A stretch of 64,000 nucleotides of DNA, taken from contig NEEC01000012.1 in assembly GCA_002189035.1 (NCBI GenBank), positions 186,001 to 250,000 on the forward strand, written 5' to 3'. The notes below the pieces were generated by a model. The model saw only the letters and a list, made by a program, of their open reading frames with translations. It was not told the origin of the DNA and searched no databases. Position numbers and translations under genes: made by a program. Below, piece after piece: positions 23,453-36,449 of this stretch (positions are counted from its first letter, which is position 1; the number at the start of each line of letters is the position of its first letter). The DNA is from Utricularia gibba (lineage: Eukaryota > Plantae > Magnoliophyta).

Positions 23453-25235
23453 CCCACTTTCTTTCCTACATTGTATTCCTTGCTACCCACCACCTTTTTA
23501 CGCCCTTTTTTGATCTTCAGAATTGAAGTTGAGAATCCAGCTGCCCATCTGATGGAGGGATTGAAATGAGAGATTTCGTATGAGAGCACCCACCGCACAT
23601 CTACTTCATGTTGTACCCATGCGAATAGACGCAGGGCGAGATGTCAACGTAGTGCAGGAGGAAAAGACAAGGGAAGAGGAGAATGGCAAAATCAGGGATG
23701 GCGCAGAAGGGAACCCACCCCATCCCATCTCATCCCCGCGCCACGATCAGGTCAGGGATGGGGGAAACGGGGTCCAGGTGAGCAACAATGTTGGCCTCAC
23801 CCAATTCCCCTTCGCCATGTGCTGCTGCGCTGCCTTTGCTTTGCGTGATCCCCCAGCATCAACCTTGCTTTTTCATGTGCCCCATCACCATTATCCCGTG
23901 TCGGATCCGGACCCGGACACGTGACGACGTCCTCGACCAGGATTAATTCATTTTAGAATTGTTCATTGAATATATATGTAAAATATCTGAAAACAGAAAA
24001 AATTGTCACTTTGACTTAGTAATTTATGTCATATGTATTTACTAATAGTTAATTTTACCACAAATCAACGTGTATTGTAATTTATGTCATTTTTTATGGA
24101 AAAACACAAAAATCAATCACCATTGTTTTTCGATTTGATAATTTATACCATACATTTTTATATAGATAAATTAAGACACAAACCAGAAATTGTGTTGCAA
24201 TTTTTATCGAAGTAATTGCCATGATTGTATTACACATGACATATGTAAAATGTCATTTTTTATGTATAATTATATCATAAATTAAATTTAAATAAAGAAA
24301 ATCATGGCATCATATCAAAATCACAAAAATTATAAATATCAAAGTACATAAGCCTTAAAAATGGGGAAAATAAATTAAATATCTTTGAATATCAACATTC
24401 ATATTGAAAAATAAATTCAAAAACCAATTTATATAAATACAGTAAAGTTTCAATAGTTATAAAAATTCATTTATAGTGCATATTGCATATTGTTATAACA
24501 AAAAATAATCTATACAAAAAATATAATACATTTTCAACCGCTATGTTAATATATTTGTATTAAATACTATATATATTTATAATAAAAAAAATCATCTAGA
24601 TGTAAGAATAACAAAAAACGTAAAAAATATTATTATTATAAATGATGAAACAATAATTTTCGTAAACAAAAAAATATTCATCAATATAAAAAAACCAATT
24701 AAAAAAATAAAACAATAGAAAAAATTACAATATTAAAAAGTGCGAAATCATTAAGAGATTAACATTAAGTATTTTAATGAATTTAAATTGAAGTCACATG
24801 AATATATTATGAAAAAATGATATAAATTATAATACAAAATTGATTTGTATTAAAATTAACTATTAATAAATACATATGACATAAATTGTCAAATCAATAA
24901 ATATAAATGACAGGTTTGGCCGTGTAAAAAACAAGTTCGTGGGAGGCGGCTTCGCAACGGGCTCAATCGCCAGCCCAATTGTAGGGAATAATTTGGGCCT
25001 GATGGATGACCACATCAGAAGGAAAGCCTGATGACGAGGGGTAGGGGAGGGGAGGGAGTCAACGGTGGCGGTGGTGTCACTGAAGCAGTTAGTTGCTCAT
25101 TGAATACCTACCTACGATCGTGGTGCGGTGCAGAAAAACACGTTTACAGGCTGGAGTCGGACTTGAAGACATTGCGGCGGGGATTTTTATTTCATTTTGC
25201 GGTAACCGAGGGTGAGTGTGATTTGGGCCAGAAAA

Positions 25236-26369
25236 ATGCACGCCAAAACCGACTCCGAGGTCACCAGCTTCGCCCCCTCGTCGCCGGAAAATCGTCGTCC
25301 CGTGTACTTCGTCCAGAGCCCATCGCATGATGGTGAGAAGACCACAACTTCCTTTGAATCAACTCCGGTTCCGGGAAGTCCTGTCGGATCGCCGCCGCAT
25401 TCTCAGTCCTCAGTCGGCCGTCACTCCAGGGAATCTTCCACTAGCCGTTTCTCCGGATCGAGGAAGATTCCCGGAAATGATGCCGGATCGGGTGGTAGAA
25501 ATAATCGTAAAGGGGGGCGGAAGAATTTGAAGGAATTCGATGTGATCGAAGAGGAGGGGCTTCTCGAAGGCGGGGGATCGAACGAAGGATTTCCTCGTAG
25601 ATGCTATTTCCCAGCTTTCGTTGTGGGTTTCTTTGTTCTTTTCTCTTTCTTTGCTTTGATCCTTTGGGGAGCCAGCAAACCCCAGAAACCCAGGATTGTT
25701 ATGCGGGTGGGTTCAACAAATCCCAGCTATTGCTTCCAATTTGGTTGGATCTTCTGTTTAGAGCTCTGTTGTTCAGACCTTACATTGTAGTTCTGTGATG
25801 GCAGAGTATCAAATTCGAGAGCTTCGTGGTGCAAGCTGGGTCAGATGGCACTGGAGTCTCCACGGACATGATCTCCATGAACTCCACAGTGAAGTTCACT
25901 TTCCGAAACACCGCTACCTTCTTCGGCGTTCATGTTACCTCGACTCCCTTGGTCCTATCGTTCTCGAACCTCGCCTTTGGCACCGGCAATGTAGGCTCCA
26001 TTCAAATGTTCAAATGTTTCAACTAGGATCACTTCACTTTGTGCTTTAAGTGTATTGACATTGTCTAGATACGTGTTGCAGATGAAGGGGTTCTTCCAAT
26101 CAAGAAGAAGCTCGAAAAATGTTACCGTAATCGTGGCTGCCGATCAGGTACCTCTGTATGGAAGTGGAGCTAGTCTGAGCACTCAGACGGGCATGACAAC
26201 TCTCCCTGTGCCACTCAATTTGGACTTCACAGTTCAAGCGAAAGCCGAGGTTTTGGGGAAGTTGGTGAAGACGAGGTTCCACAATAAGATCCAATGCTCC
26301 ATCGTCTTCGACGTGAATAAGCTCAACTTACCCATCTCACTGAAGAGATCTTGCCAGTATAACCCATAG
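25236..26369 (+). CDS. LEA_2 / NDR1-HIN1-like membrane protein; exons 25236-25706, 25805-25990, 26082-26369; 314 aa
   Basis: MHAKTDSEVTS.APSSP..RPVYFVQSPSHDGEKTT..F.STP, HSRESSTSRFSG, TM segment FVVGFFVLFSFFALILWGASKP, GSDGTGVSTDMISMNSTVK.TFRNTATFFGVHVTSTP. Confidence 0.9.
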
Positions 26370-26677
26370 CAGAACAGAGCAGTGACAACTGAAGCGACAA
26401 AGGTCTGGGAGTTCTGGAAGTAGATCCACAATTTTCATGTTTGCTTATCGATATACTATACACTCGCACACCTGCTACCGGTTTTGAACCATTCTTGTAG
26501 ACATTGTTGATGAGAATTCCATTCGCGGTTTCAAGTTCTTTGTTCTTGTGAAGGAACGAGCGAAAAGTTCATTGAAACTGAATAACTTTTGAGTAGCAGG
26601 GTAGTCTCGGAGCAAGCTAACCATGAGGTACAGAAAAGATGAAGCTTTTAGCAGTTGAACAGGGGAGACTAGTTCAT

Positions 26678-27770
26678 TCACGCTGCCTCCGGCGCCTGAA
26701 ATGCCTGCCTGATTATGGAGCTTTCAGCACAGAGAGGATACTTTTCCTGATCAACCCCTTGATGCATTTCCAGTAAGAAAAACCTGCCAACTCTCCTTCT
26801 GTTTGTTTGAGGAACATTCATTTTGAGTTCTGGAAAGTTGGGTGATATCCAATCTGTTGGATGCAAAAACGCAAAAAGGGGATTCATGCGTTTTCCATTC
26901 CTCAGACATGCGTTTGATGAATCAGCGACTCCCCTAACACAGATTGAAAAAAAAAAAAAAAAAGAAATCGCTATAACGCGAGCGCTTCGTAGCTAAAGAA
27001 TCAACCAGTAGTTCTTTCTAGCCAGCCTGGGCATCTTCGAGATGATCATTTGGCAGCTGCGAGAAACTCCAAATACTCTTCTCCAAAGGCCTCTCCCCTC
27101 TCCAGTTTCACAGGAAAGAGGCCGCTTCCGCCCCCACCTTTCATGCCTGTGATCATCTTTCGAATGCTTCTACCATGTTCTTTCATGGGTAAGGACTCAA
27201 AAGATTTTCTCGTAAACCATTCATACAGCTCTATCATTCAAACTCCTGTCTTGCTAAAGTGGAAAACCAATAAACATATAATTTGCATGATGTAAAAGTG
27301 CAACATCGCGATGTGATCCACTCCACAACCTATCCAAAATCATTGCAGTGTGCCCAGGACTCAGCCTGCCTCTAACTTCATACCTGCAGTTCAGGAAATC
27401 ATCATCAAAATCTGTGCTTTTCATATGGAATACAACTGGTATCTCTCCAACCTCTGAAGATGTGGAATAATCCGCCAAATCAAAACACAGGAAAAAGGCT
27501 TACTTTCCAGAGAAAAGAATCATCCTAACCCAATAAGGGGTACAGTTTCTTCCAAATCCGAGCCTCCCAGTCTATCCACTTGTCACCATCTCCACCCGTC
27601 TTCTTAATCTCGGCATCATCCACGGACGCTTCCTCATCATCAGCGGCCGGCAGTGACGGCTCCGGGTTTTTTTTTTTTGTTTCAACTCCGCTCCACACGC
27701 CGTAGCCTCTTTCGTGCTCCGCACTACCCCATCGCCCTCATAAACTGTACCCACCGCCAATGTTCTCGGC
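26678..27770 (-). pseudogene. DCL: DCL (DEFECTIVE CHLOROPLASTS AND LEAVES, DUF3223) pseudogene
   Basis: Frame-hopping motifs WIDWEAR(I)LEETVPLIG / VRMILFSGK | YEV.GRLSPGH..MILDRL / IGCGVDHIA | IGYHPTFQNSK*MF...EGELAGFSYWKCIKGLIRK / YPLCAES. At least 3 frameshifts, a TGA at 26818-26820, an internal deletion and a lost donor site. 5' limit approximate. Confidence 0.85.
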
Positions 27771-28260
27771 TAACGCCGCAGCGGAAAATGGGTACCGATT
27801 GAATCTAGCGAAATCGGGTTTTTTTTTTCCAACCCAATATTCGCCGAATTCAAAGATGCAACAAAAGCGATTAAAAAGTTCAGTTCCCTGCCGATTTGTT
27901 CCGACCATGGGCAGCTCTCATGAAGCACATCAATCAAAACATCACTCCTTGGTAACTCAAAACTACGGGCTATCTCATCATAAACCGGCCACTCAGCACT
28001 GGTAGCCCCTACTGGTAGTTCATCGATAGGTAAGCCAACTTTCCTTTATGTTTTTCAATAAACAACTTTTCATGTGTTGTTCCATAAACTAGTATTTTTC
28101 CATTTGAGAGCTATTTTTTATTTCTAGTGGTTCACAAGAGAAACATGTGGGCATGAATTGGATAAGAGGGCCGCCGGTATCCCCATGCCTTGCATTTTGG
28201 TAGGAAGATGCGTTCTATATCTCCCTTAGCGCTTCTTTTTTGACAACAGAAAGTAAGGAA

Positions 28261-29498
28261 ATGCAAGTTTGTGTTGGAAGAAGTTTCTGTTCCTTGCTTT
28301 CTCCCAACAAGTATGTAAATAAACCATCGTTTGGCACTTGTCCTTCAATTTGGGTTGCAGAGAATGGCACTTGTTCCTTTTCTAGACATCGCGACTACAA
28401 GGTGGCTCAAGCTCAGGCCAGACAGACATGGCTGCCGGGCCTCGATCCTCCGCCTTATCTTGACCAAACGTGAGACCGTTACTCCGTAATGCCTTACATT
28501 TTGTTATGTTTGCGTGACATGTTGTATTCAACGAATGATATGCCGAGCAAACCAAATTGTATGAGATACTTACTCACTTTCTGCTTTAGACTTGCTGGAG
28601 ATTTTGGATTTGATCCTCTAGGACTCGGTGAAGAGCCTCAAACTTTGAAGTGGTATGTCCAAGCAGAGCTCATTCATGCTCGGTTTGCAATGCTCGGTGT
28701 CACTGGAATTCTGTTCACTGATGTAATGCTGCACACTCCCTCTCCCTCAGAGATGGGAATCGAATCTTATCGATGTTTTTCTCATTTACTGCAGTTACTT
28801 AGAGTCACAGGCTTAAAAAATTTGCCCGTGTGGTATGAGGCAGGAGCAACAAACTTCAGCTTTGCTAGCACCAAAACTTTGCTAATTGTTCAGCTAATCC
28901 TAATGGGGTATATGCTCTTATCACAATATTTTCTTAGAACATGAATGATTGAAGCATATTAAGCCCAGCTTGACCAATCAGTTACTGCTCGTTACTTGTC
29001 TTTATTGATCAGCTTTGCGGAAACCAAAAGATACATGGATTTCCTAAACCCCGGATCTCAAGCCCAAGAGGGGTCATTCTTTGGATTGGAAGCTGCTTTT
29101 GAAGGTCTAGAACCAGGGTAAGTTTGAGTGTGCCGTGTTCCCGATGTTAAACAACTAGATTCGATTAATGGATCTTGAGTCTAACAGGTACCCCGGCGGT
29201 CCACTGCTCAACCCCCTTGGCCTGGCTAAGGACATCAAGAATGCCCATGAATGGAAGCTGAAGGAGATAAAAAATGGTGATTGTCCTCACATCACCTTCC
29301 TTCCCCTTGATAGTATCAGTCTCCCACACCAGGCGCATGATGTGGTTTTGTGCAGGGCGCCTGGCAATGGTGGCTGCGCTTGGCATCTTTGTGCAGGCGA
29401 GCATCACACACGTTGGCCCAGTTGATAATCTAATACAACATTTGTCCGATCCTTGGCACACAACAATCATTCAAAAGCTACTTGGATCAGGCTCCTAA
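28261..29498 (+). CDS. LHCA5: Photosystem I chlorophyll a/b-binding protein 5; exons 28261-28469, 28590-28722, 28795-28907, 29013-29117, 29188-29276, 29356-29498; 263 aa
   Basis: [68 protein letters not shown]; [25 protein letters not shown]; [21 protein letters not shown]. Spliced length 792 nt. Confidence 0.93.
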
Positions 29499-30535
29499 GC
29501 TAATGCTGAACCAGCATCAGTTGGATCATTTTTGGATCCATGGTATGTACACAAAGACCATTCATACAGTGGATCAAAGTTCTGAAACCTGTTTCCTATT
29601 CTGAAATCTCAAATCTGTCACCCGTGTTCATCGATATATTAAGTGTCCTTCAGTCATTGGCCATATGGTTAACCCCTTTGTCTCCTCCGATTCAAGCAGA
29701 CCCATCGCGCAAGGCTCGCCCAGGCCACTAGTTTAGCATCGCCCGAGACCCACCCAGTCAGATCCAAGTCCCAGGCCCAACCGAACAGTGTTAATTATGT
29801 TGGCTTAAATACACGAAACTAGAAAAAAAAATTAGATTTTGGATGGTTTCTGTTTTTAAGATTTTATAAATAGATTCAATTTTCAAGATTGTGAAACCAT
29901 CTTGTGGATAATCATAGAATTTTAAAAATTAAATTACATATTATAAAATTTAATAGATTAAATTATTATATTGTTTAATGTGAGAATATGAGTAGTATAA
30001 TTTTGTAATTAATATATTATTTAATGACTAAAATGAAAATTCATAACATTTAAGAATTTTTGAAGTTGATCTCAAAACATGAATGCTATTTTTTAATAGA
30101 ATAGAATAAGACTATAATTTATAAAAATTAAAAAAAAAATCATTTAAAAAAACTAGATACAGAGAATATGCCCAGCATATTTTGCCAACATTATCCAATC
30201 AAGGGTTCATATGAGCATATATGGAGTATTCTGGCAACACCCGGCTTAATGCATATGGGACAAATGAGCTCTTTGAATTGAGCTACCTATAATGATACTA
30301 CTACTCTCTTGAACTTAGGAGAAAAATAAAAACTGTGTAACAAAGCTAAAAATAGGCAGTTGTTGTAGAGGAAAGGAAAGCTTAGGATCCTTTGTGTGAG
30401 GAGATGAGAGACATTTACACTTGGGGCAAGATGGTGGCATCCTCTAATTTCTGAGTACCCCCACTAGTCTAAAGTCATAAGATTCAATGACTACTGAGCT
30501 CAAGAAACAAATGAGTTAAGCGCTCCACCAACACA

Positions 30536-31086
30536 TGTTGTGGGGTAGTTAGGTACTTATAGTGGATAAATCGGTCAAGGGTAATCGGTTCATAAAAGGC
30601 TGTCAAAAGAGATCTTGAGAGGATAACGCCAGTCGACAGATCGATATCTATCAGAAATTTGACAGGAGTAGCCAGATGACACAGTCTGAAAAGCGGCCAA
30701 ATCACGGCATAACAGGCGGCCGATATATGAAAAGCGAGATCGTATAACAGGCACAGGAAGCAACCGATATTCGCAGATGTCAGAGTTCAGTCAGGTTGAG
30801 CTCTCCTATAAATAGAAGGAATTACAACAAAAAGCAGGTTGAACATAAAGGATTTCTTCAATTTGTATTCTCCTCTTCGCAACCCCCATCTAGTGAAACT
30901 CTTTTTCGGCGAGCTTCGATAGCTCCGTGGTTTTTTTCTGCTTTCTGGCGGTTTCCACGTAAAAAACCTTTTCCCACTCTTAATTCAATCGAACCAACCG
31001 TGAAGAACGTGATTAAGTGTGGCACTCCTGACCGCACCTATCATCTTAAATCGGCCCCCTACCGGATACCAATTTCACTCATAACA
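30536..31086 (+). mobile_element. Probable isolated LTR (Tat-like gypsy)
   Basis: TGTTG...ATAACA termini, CTATAAATA box at about 30806, GC-richer than flanks. No TSD (ACACA vs GGTAC). Confidence 0.45.
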
Positions 31087-31149
31087 GGTACCTTCAGATG
31101 CTTCCTCATCAATGTTGTTGTATTGTAGTTGAATCCTTAATGTGTTAAG

Positions 31150-31900
31150 TTTTTTGGTGTGATGTACGGAGCTGTGTTTTTCACTTAAGTGGTCAAAAAC
31201 TATTCAGAAAGTCGATGTGTTTAAATGAAGGAACTCAAGAGTTGATTGCAAGGGTTCTGTACTACACCTTTCCAGTTCAATGTCCCAACAATCAAATGAA
31301 TGGATGCCCCATACGAATCCCCTCCACGATGATTTGTGTTCGTAAATCGCCAATAACTAGATATAAGATGCATTGAGGAATGAGTGCCACAAGTCTCATA
31401 AAATTATCTATGGTGAATGAGGTATGGGAGAATGTATTTTTTTGTTAACTTATCCAATGCTGTAAGCGTTTTATGAAGGAACTAGGAGACTGAGAGATGG
31501 TATGCAACATTTAAATTAGATCGTATAGCAAGAATAAGGAAAAATTTCAAACATTGGTTAAACACAATCAATCTTAGAAAAATATTAGAATATTAACTTC
31601 ACTCTCGTATATTATTGTTGAATTTTCCATCCTTAATCAAGCTCCAGAGTCAACTAATTATAGAGAAGAATCCTTTGGTGTCAAAACAAATTCATTAACT
31701 CCATGCTATCATTTCACTATCAAATTTGCTTATATTTACTAATGCAATAAAGCTTGACTACATTCCGATCATTAGCTCAGTTTTAGAGACTATCGATAAA
31801 CTCACTTTGGCTTCTTAAGATGAACCAAATCATCCAAATTCTAAAGAAAATACGTTTAAACAATGTGGATGGAGGTATCTCAATGGAATGATGTGGAGCT
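31150..31900 (-). mobile_element. Possible heavily decayed L1-type LINE remnant
   Basis: Weak minus-strand motifs IPLRYL (cf. LPxxYLG) and SSWRGFVWG (cf. SxxWRSI); many stops. Confidence 0.3.
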
Positions 31901-33979
31901 CAAATCAAGAATCAGTTTGTGATAGAGCTGAGAAAAGGGAGCATCATTCCCTTTTGCTTTTGGTATATGCTTATTCGAATTCTTCGATGGGATGGATGCG
32001 GGATAACAGAGTCTTTTTTTTCTTTTTCCCCTTTTTTGGTTGATGATTATTCAAGATTCCATCGGCTCATATTCTTGTGATTACCATAATGGAAATTCAT
32101 TAACTAAAAAAACAAAATAGATTGTTATTTTCCTTGATTAAAAAAAAACGCTCCTCTTGTAATAAAAATACCAAAAATGCCTACAATTTTTTTTTTGCTG
32201 TATAATCTTACGTATATATTACAAATTCATTTATAAAAATTTGAATCCCAAGTGTGCGCATAAATCTATACATGCGGTTGGTTGCATTTATGTCTCTAAA
32301 TACATGTATATTCATATATTGAAAAATAGATATATTCAATAAACTTGTTTTCCAATATACATATGATTTATAAAACACTTACCTAGCATCTCATGTAGCA
32401 GTTGATGTTCTCATCTATATAATAGATGGATTTTTTTTTAAGAATTCTGATGATATTCCTGACATGCATCACTACTTGAGCATGATTTTGAATATGTTGG
32501 TTGATGGAGGTTGCTTTCAAATTCAATGATTTGACAACAAGGTTTTAGAGAAAGGAGATGGGCTGTCACTTTTCCTAATTGGAATTATAGATGGTTTTCA
32601 CTATTCTGATCTACCCAAACATTTCAGCTATGTATCTTTTCTTTTATTTGACCCTTACCCTTTGGGACTGAGTGGTTTCAAGAGGTTGAACTTGAAGATT
32701 GTTGGAAGATTTAAGTATGAAGCTTTGGTCAATTTTTGAATTGGCAAAATTTAAAGAGATTGCTTTCAGATTTTGGTTTCATTATTCCTTCATTCAACTT
32801 GCACATCTATCTATCCATCATGCCTACTTGCAATCAAACGCATTTACAAAGTTACCTATTTCTCCATTTGTTAAACAAATTTACCCATCTTCTCTCATCT
32901 CCCCTTTCTCTCTTTACTATACTTTCTCTCCTAAATTTCATCTTTCAATAACACACATATTTATATTATATTTTTACTGAATTTTTTATACATAATTAAA
33001 TATATAACTATTAATTTTAAAAATAAATTATGAAAATGGAAGTCTTTTTAAATTTATCAAAAAATACTCTTTTATTTATCAAATTTCAAATTTAAAATTT
33101 GAAGAAAAAAAAAAGAATAAAAGAGATAGAGAAGAGAGAATAGAAAGAGCATGGAAGATTTATATGATAAATGAATAAGTGAATTGATTGATAAATGCAT
33201 TTTTTTATATTGGGTAGATTTCAAAATAACTCTCTCTGCCTATCACATCAGGTGTATGAGTGTGCCTATTTTCAACAACTTTTTCAAAAATATTTTTTTA
33301 TCTAACATAATTTTTATTAATAACATGAATTTTTTAATTCTGTTTTAACGTTGTATATAACATAATAGCATTTTAAAAATATGCAGGTAAATTATATTAT
33401 ATTTATTTATTTATATAAATACAAAATAATTTAAATATTTCATTCACTAAAATAATATACCAAACAAACAAACAGAAATCGCCCGAGGGTAACAGAAAGG
33501 CCGTGCGCGAGCAGCTCAGCTCAGGAAGTCCGGTGCCCATTTCCAATGATTCATCCCCTGGGACTGGGAGACCTTTTTCGCAAGGCGCGCCGGCCGTCAG
33601 GAGACGGCGGTCCATGGTAATGTAAGTTAGGGAAGACCCCCAATTCGTTCTTGGGCTTCGTCGATTCGTGAGAACCCTAGAACGAAGAAAATGAGCTTCT
33701 CTCCCCTCCCCTCTTTTGATATTTTGAATGAATTGGATAAACGGTTTGGAATGGATGGGAACTGGGAAGTGGATAAATTGTTGGGAGGCGTGGACGCATT
33801 GATAGCCACCGTGTGTGCCTTTGGATATCACACACATGAACGTGGTTCTTATGCATTGGTGTCATATGTGGCTCTCTTTTCTTATCTCCACAACCAACTT
33901 TACATTTTATTTTCTTGTTTTTTTGTTATATGCACCCACGGCCACGGACCCCCTTCTTCTGCTTCCTCTTTACACTACA

Positions 33980-35080
33980 ATGTCCACCCATTTCCTCACA
34001 CAGAACGCATGGCCGGAGTTCCGCCTGCCGGAACTGCTGAGCACGGAGACTGTGAAATCGGCCCACGAGGGCATCGAGAGCGACTGGGATTTCCTCCGGC
34101 GATCGGCCTGCCAGACCGCCGCCGTGAGAGCATTGTGGAAACAGGTGACGAATGATCGGCTGGCGGAGGTGCTCGCGGGCGAGAGCTACCTCACCAGTAT
34201 ATACGAGAAGATCAAGAATGATCTGGTCAATAGCTCGAGAGAAATCTCAGGGGTTCTTATTGCTATACGGACTCTTTGGTTCGACACTAAGCTCGAGGCT
34301 GCTCTGGCTTCTCTTCAGGGCGAAACCCAAGTCGTTCTTCTTGGTGCAGGTGACAAATTCTGAAGCCCAATGCATATGCTTTCTGCCCTCTTAGCATACC
34401 CAAAAAAAGAGAAAAAAGCATTCATCTCCCTGGATTTTCACGCAGGTATGGACGCACGATCGTACCGACTAGGGTGCCTGCGGGGGAGCGAGGTTTTCGA
34501 AGTGGATTTTCCGGAGGTTCTGAAAATGAAAGCCACCATTTTGGAAGCAGCAGCAGCTTCATCAGACGCTGATCATCGACCCGTAATGAAGGCAAAGGCA
34601 ATCAGGAGAGTAGCCGCTGATCTGAGATCAGAGGATTGGGTGGAAAAGCTGAGAGTCTCAGGATTCGACCCGAAAACGAGTACAATCTGGATCCTGGAAG
34701 GGATCCTCTACTATCTGTCACACTCTCATGCCATGGAGGTGCTTCGAACAATCGCAGACAAATGCAACCAGACCAGCACAGTGATACTCGCAGATTTCAT
34801 GAACAAGCAAGCAACCACTCTGTCCAGCTCCACATTCCACTTCTACTGCGACTGGCCGGATCAGCTGCTGTCCTCTCTCGGGTTCTCGGAGGTCCGACTG
34901 TCCCAGATCGGTGACCCGGATGCGCATTTCGGGTTGCTGCATGATCCCTTGAACGTGTTCAACAGAACGAGAAGCTTGCACAGGTCCGTTCAGACTCATC
35001 CTGATGACGGGAAGCCTTGCAGCAGGCTGTACTTGTTGGAGGCCTCTGGTTCACCACACCACCATCAAGCTGACTCATAA
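33980..35080 (+). CDS. SAM-dependent methyltransferase, LCM / TIGR00027-like family; exons 33980-34349, 34446-35080; 334 aa
   Basis: IRTLWFD, QVVLLGAG|MDARSYRL, VFEVDFPEVL.MK, VAADLR..DW...L..SGFDP....IWILEGILYYL. Confidence 0.9.
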
Positions 35081-35427
35081 AAGGGAAGGCCGCAGGCGCT
35101 TGGACATTCATTTTTAAATGGAAGAATCTGCCAAGGCTTCCTTATTTTGTACAATGTAATATTATTTTATTATCCCGGGAAATAAAATAAACGACACCGA
35201 ATAAATTTTTTATTATTTTTCTATAATAAACACACAGGTCAAAATTGAAATGAAAATGGAATTTTTATTTTCGGAAAATAAAGGAGAGGGGTGTTTGTGT
35301 AATTCCAACAAGAACTGCTCAGCCACAAATGTGTAGAATTCTATCTCAATCCTCTTGAAGGGCATAAACACGACACGCGCGCGCGAGTGAAACGTTTCTG
35401 TTCTTCGATTCTACTCCAATCGGAGAA

Positions 35428-35907
35428 ATGGCGATTCCTCTATCCAACACATTCCTCAACAGGAGCCTGTTGCCTTCGCCGCTTTCCCTTCGAAACAAGG
35501 TAACTTTGGGCTTTTACGGATTCCGATCAAATTTCTGGATTCGTTCTGCATAATTCCAGTTTTGTGCTCGCTGGAACGATTTGCAGGTGAAATTGGACGA
35601 GGGAATGAAGTGGAGTTGCAGGAAGAAGGATATACACCCGGAATTCCACCAAGATTCCAAGGTGTACTGCAATGGTGAGCTTGTCATGACTACTGGGGGT
35701 ACCAAGAAAGAGTACATCGTCGATGTTTGGTCTGGGAATCATCCTTTTTATCTTGGAGGCCGCTCCCAGCTTTTGGTTGACGCTGATCAAGTTGAGAAAT
35801 TCAGGAAGAAGTTTAGTGGGCTCGACCAGTTTATGGAAATACCTGTGCTCAAGGGAGAGATTGTTCTTCCCACTAAGAAGAAATCTGGAAAGGGGAAGAA
35901 GAAATAG
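35428..35907 (+). CDS. RPL31: Plastid 50S ribosomal protein L31; exons 35428-35499, 35587-35907; 130 aa
   Basis: Transit peptide followed by CRKKDIHPEF..DSKVYCNGELVMTTGGTKKEY.VDVWSGNHPFYLG and QVEKFRKKF. Confidence 0.95.
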
Positions 35908-36449
35908 TTTCATCTCTTTCGTAAACCTTTTGCTATCAGCTGGTTTTCTCATCATTTTAAGTTCACTTGTCTCTACTTGACTGGATGCCAATGCTCTGCC
36001 CAAAAAACGAGCCAAAAGAATCAGTCTTTTTGCTTCTATGTTCATCACTTTGTTTGGCCACTACATTTTCCAGTTTCCTATTCATTCATGGCACGCCATG
36101 GTTATGGTGATTCCCTGATGAATGGTGGGAAGACAGATAGACACTAGAATTTCAGAAGCAAGAGCAGTAGGAGGGATCTACTGATACGGAAAACAGTCTT
36201 CTCAACCTTACCATCACTTCCATGAATAAGGTTGACAAGAGTGTTCTACGTAACAGCAGATAACCTTTCTGCAGACATATATTGCATGCTGAATGAATCC
36301 TACATACTGTAACTCGAGCAGTGTGTACAGCAATGTAAGCCCATTCTCAGTCTTCTGGACATGCATGGTAACATTACATTCTTGTGAGGCAAACCAACCC
36401 CAATCGGAATCTAAGGAAACAAATGATGCGCATACACTGCATGAGCCGC

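Noticed and set aside
23212-23924. ORFs with TRTRTR / VLVLVL runs
   Set aside because: They are translations of the (AACCAG)n microsatellite in a likely promoter region; no domain similarity.
27046-27237. 63-aa ORF (MIELYEWF...GGGGSG...) within the DCL locus
   Set aside because: It lies in DCL intron 2 and has no recognisable motif.
27760-28005. 81-aa ORF between DCL and LHCA5
   Set aside because: No motif; more likely promoter or 5' UTR sequence.
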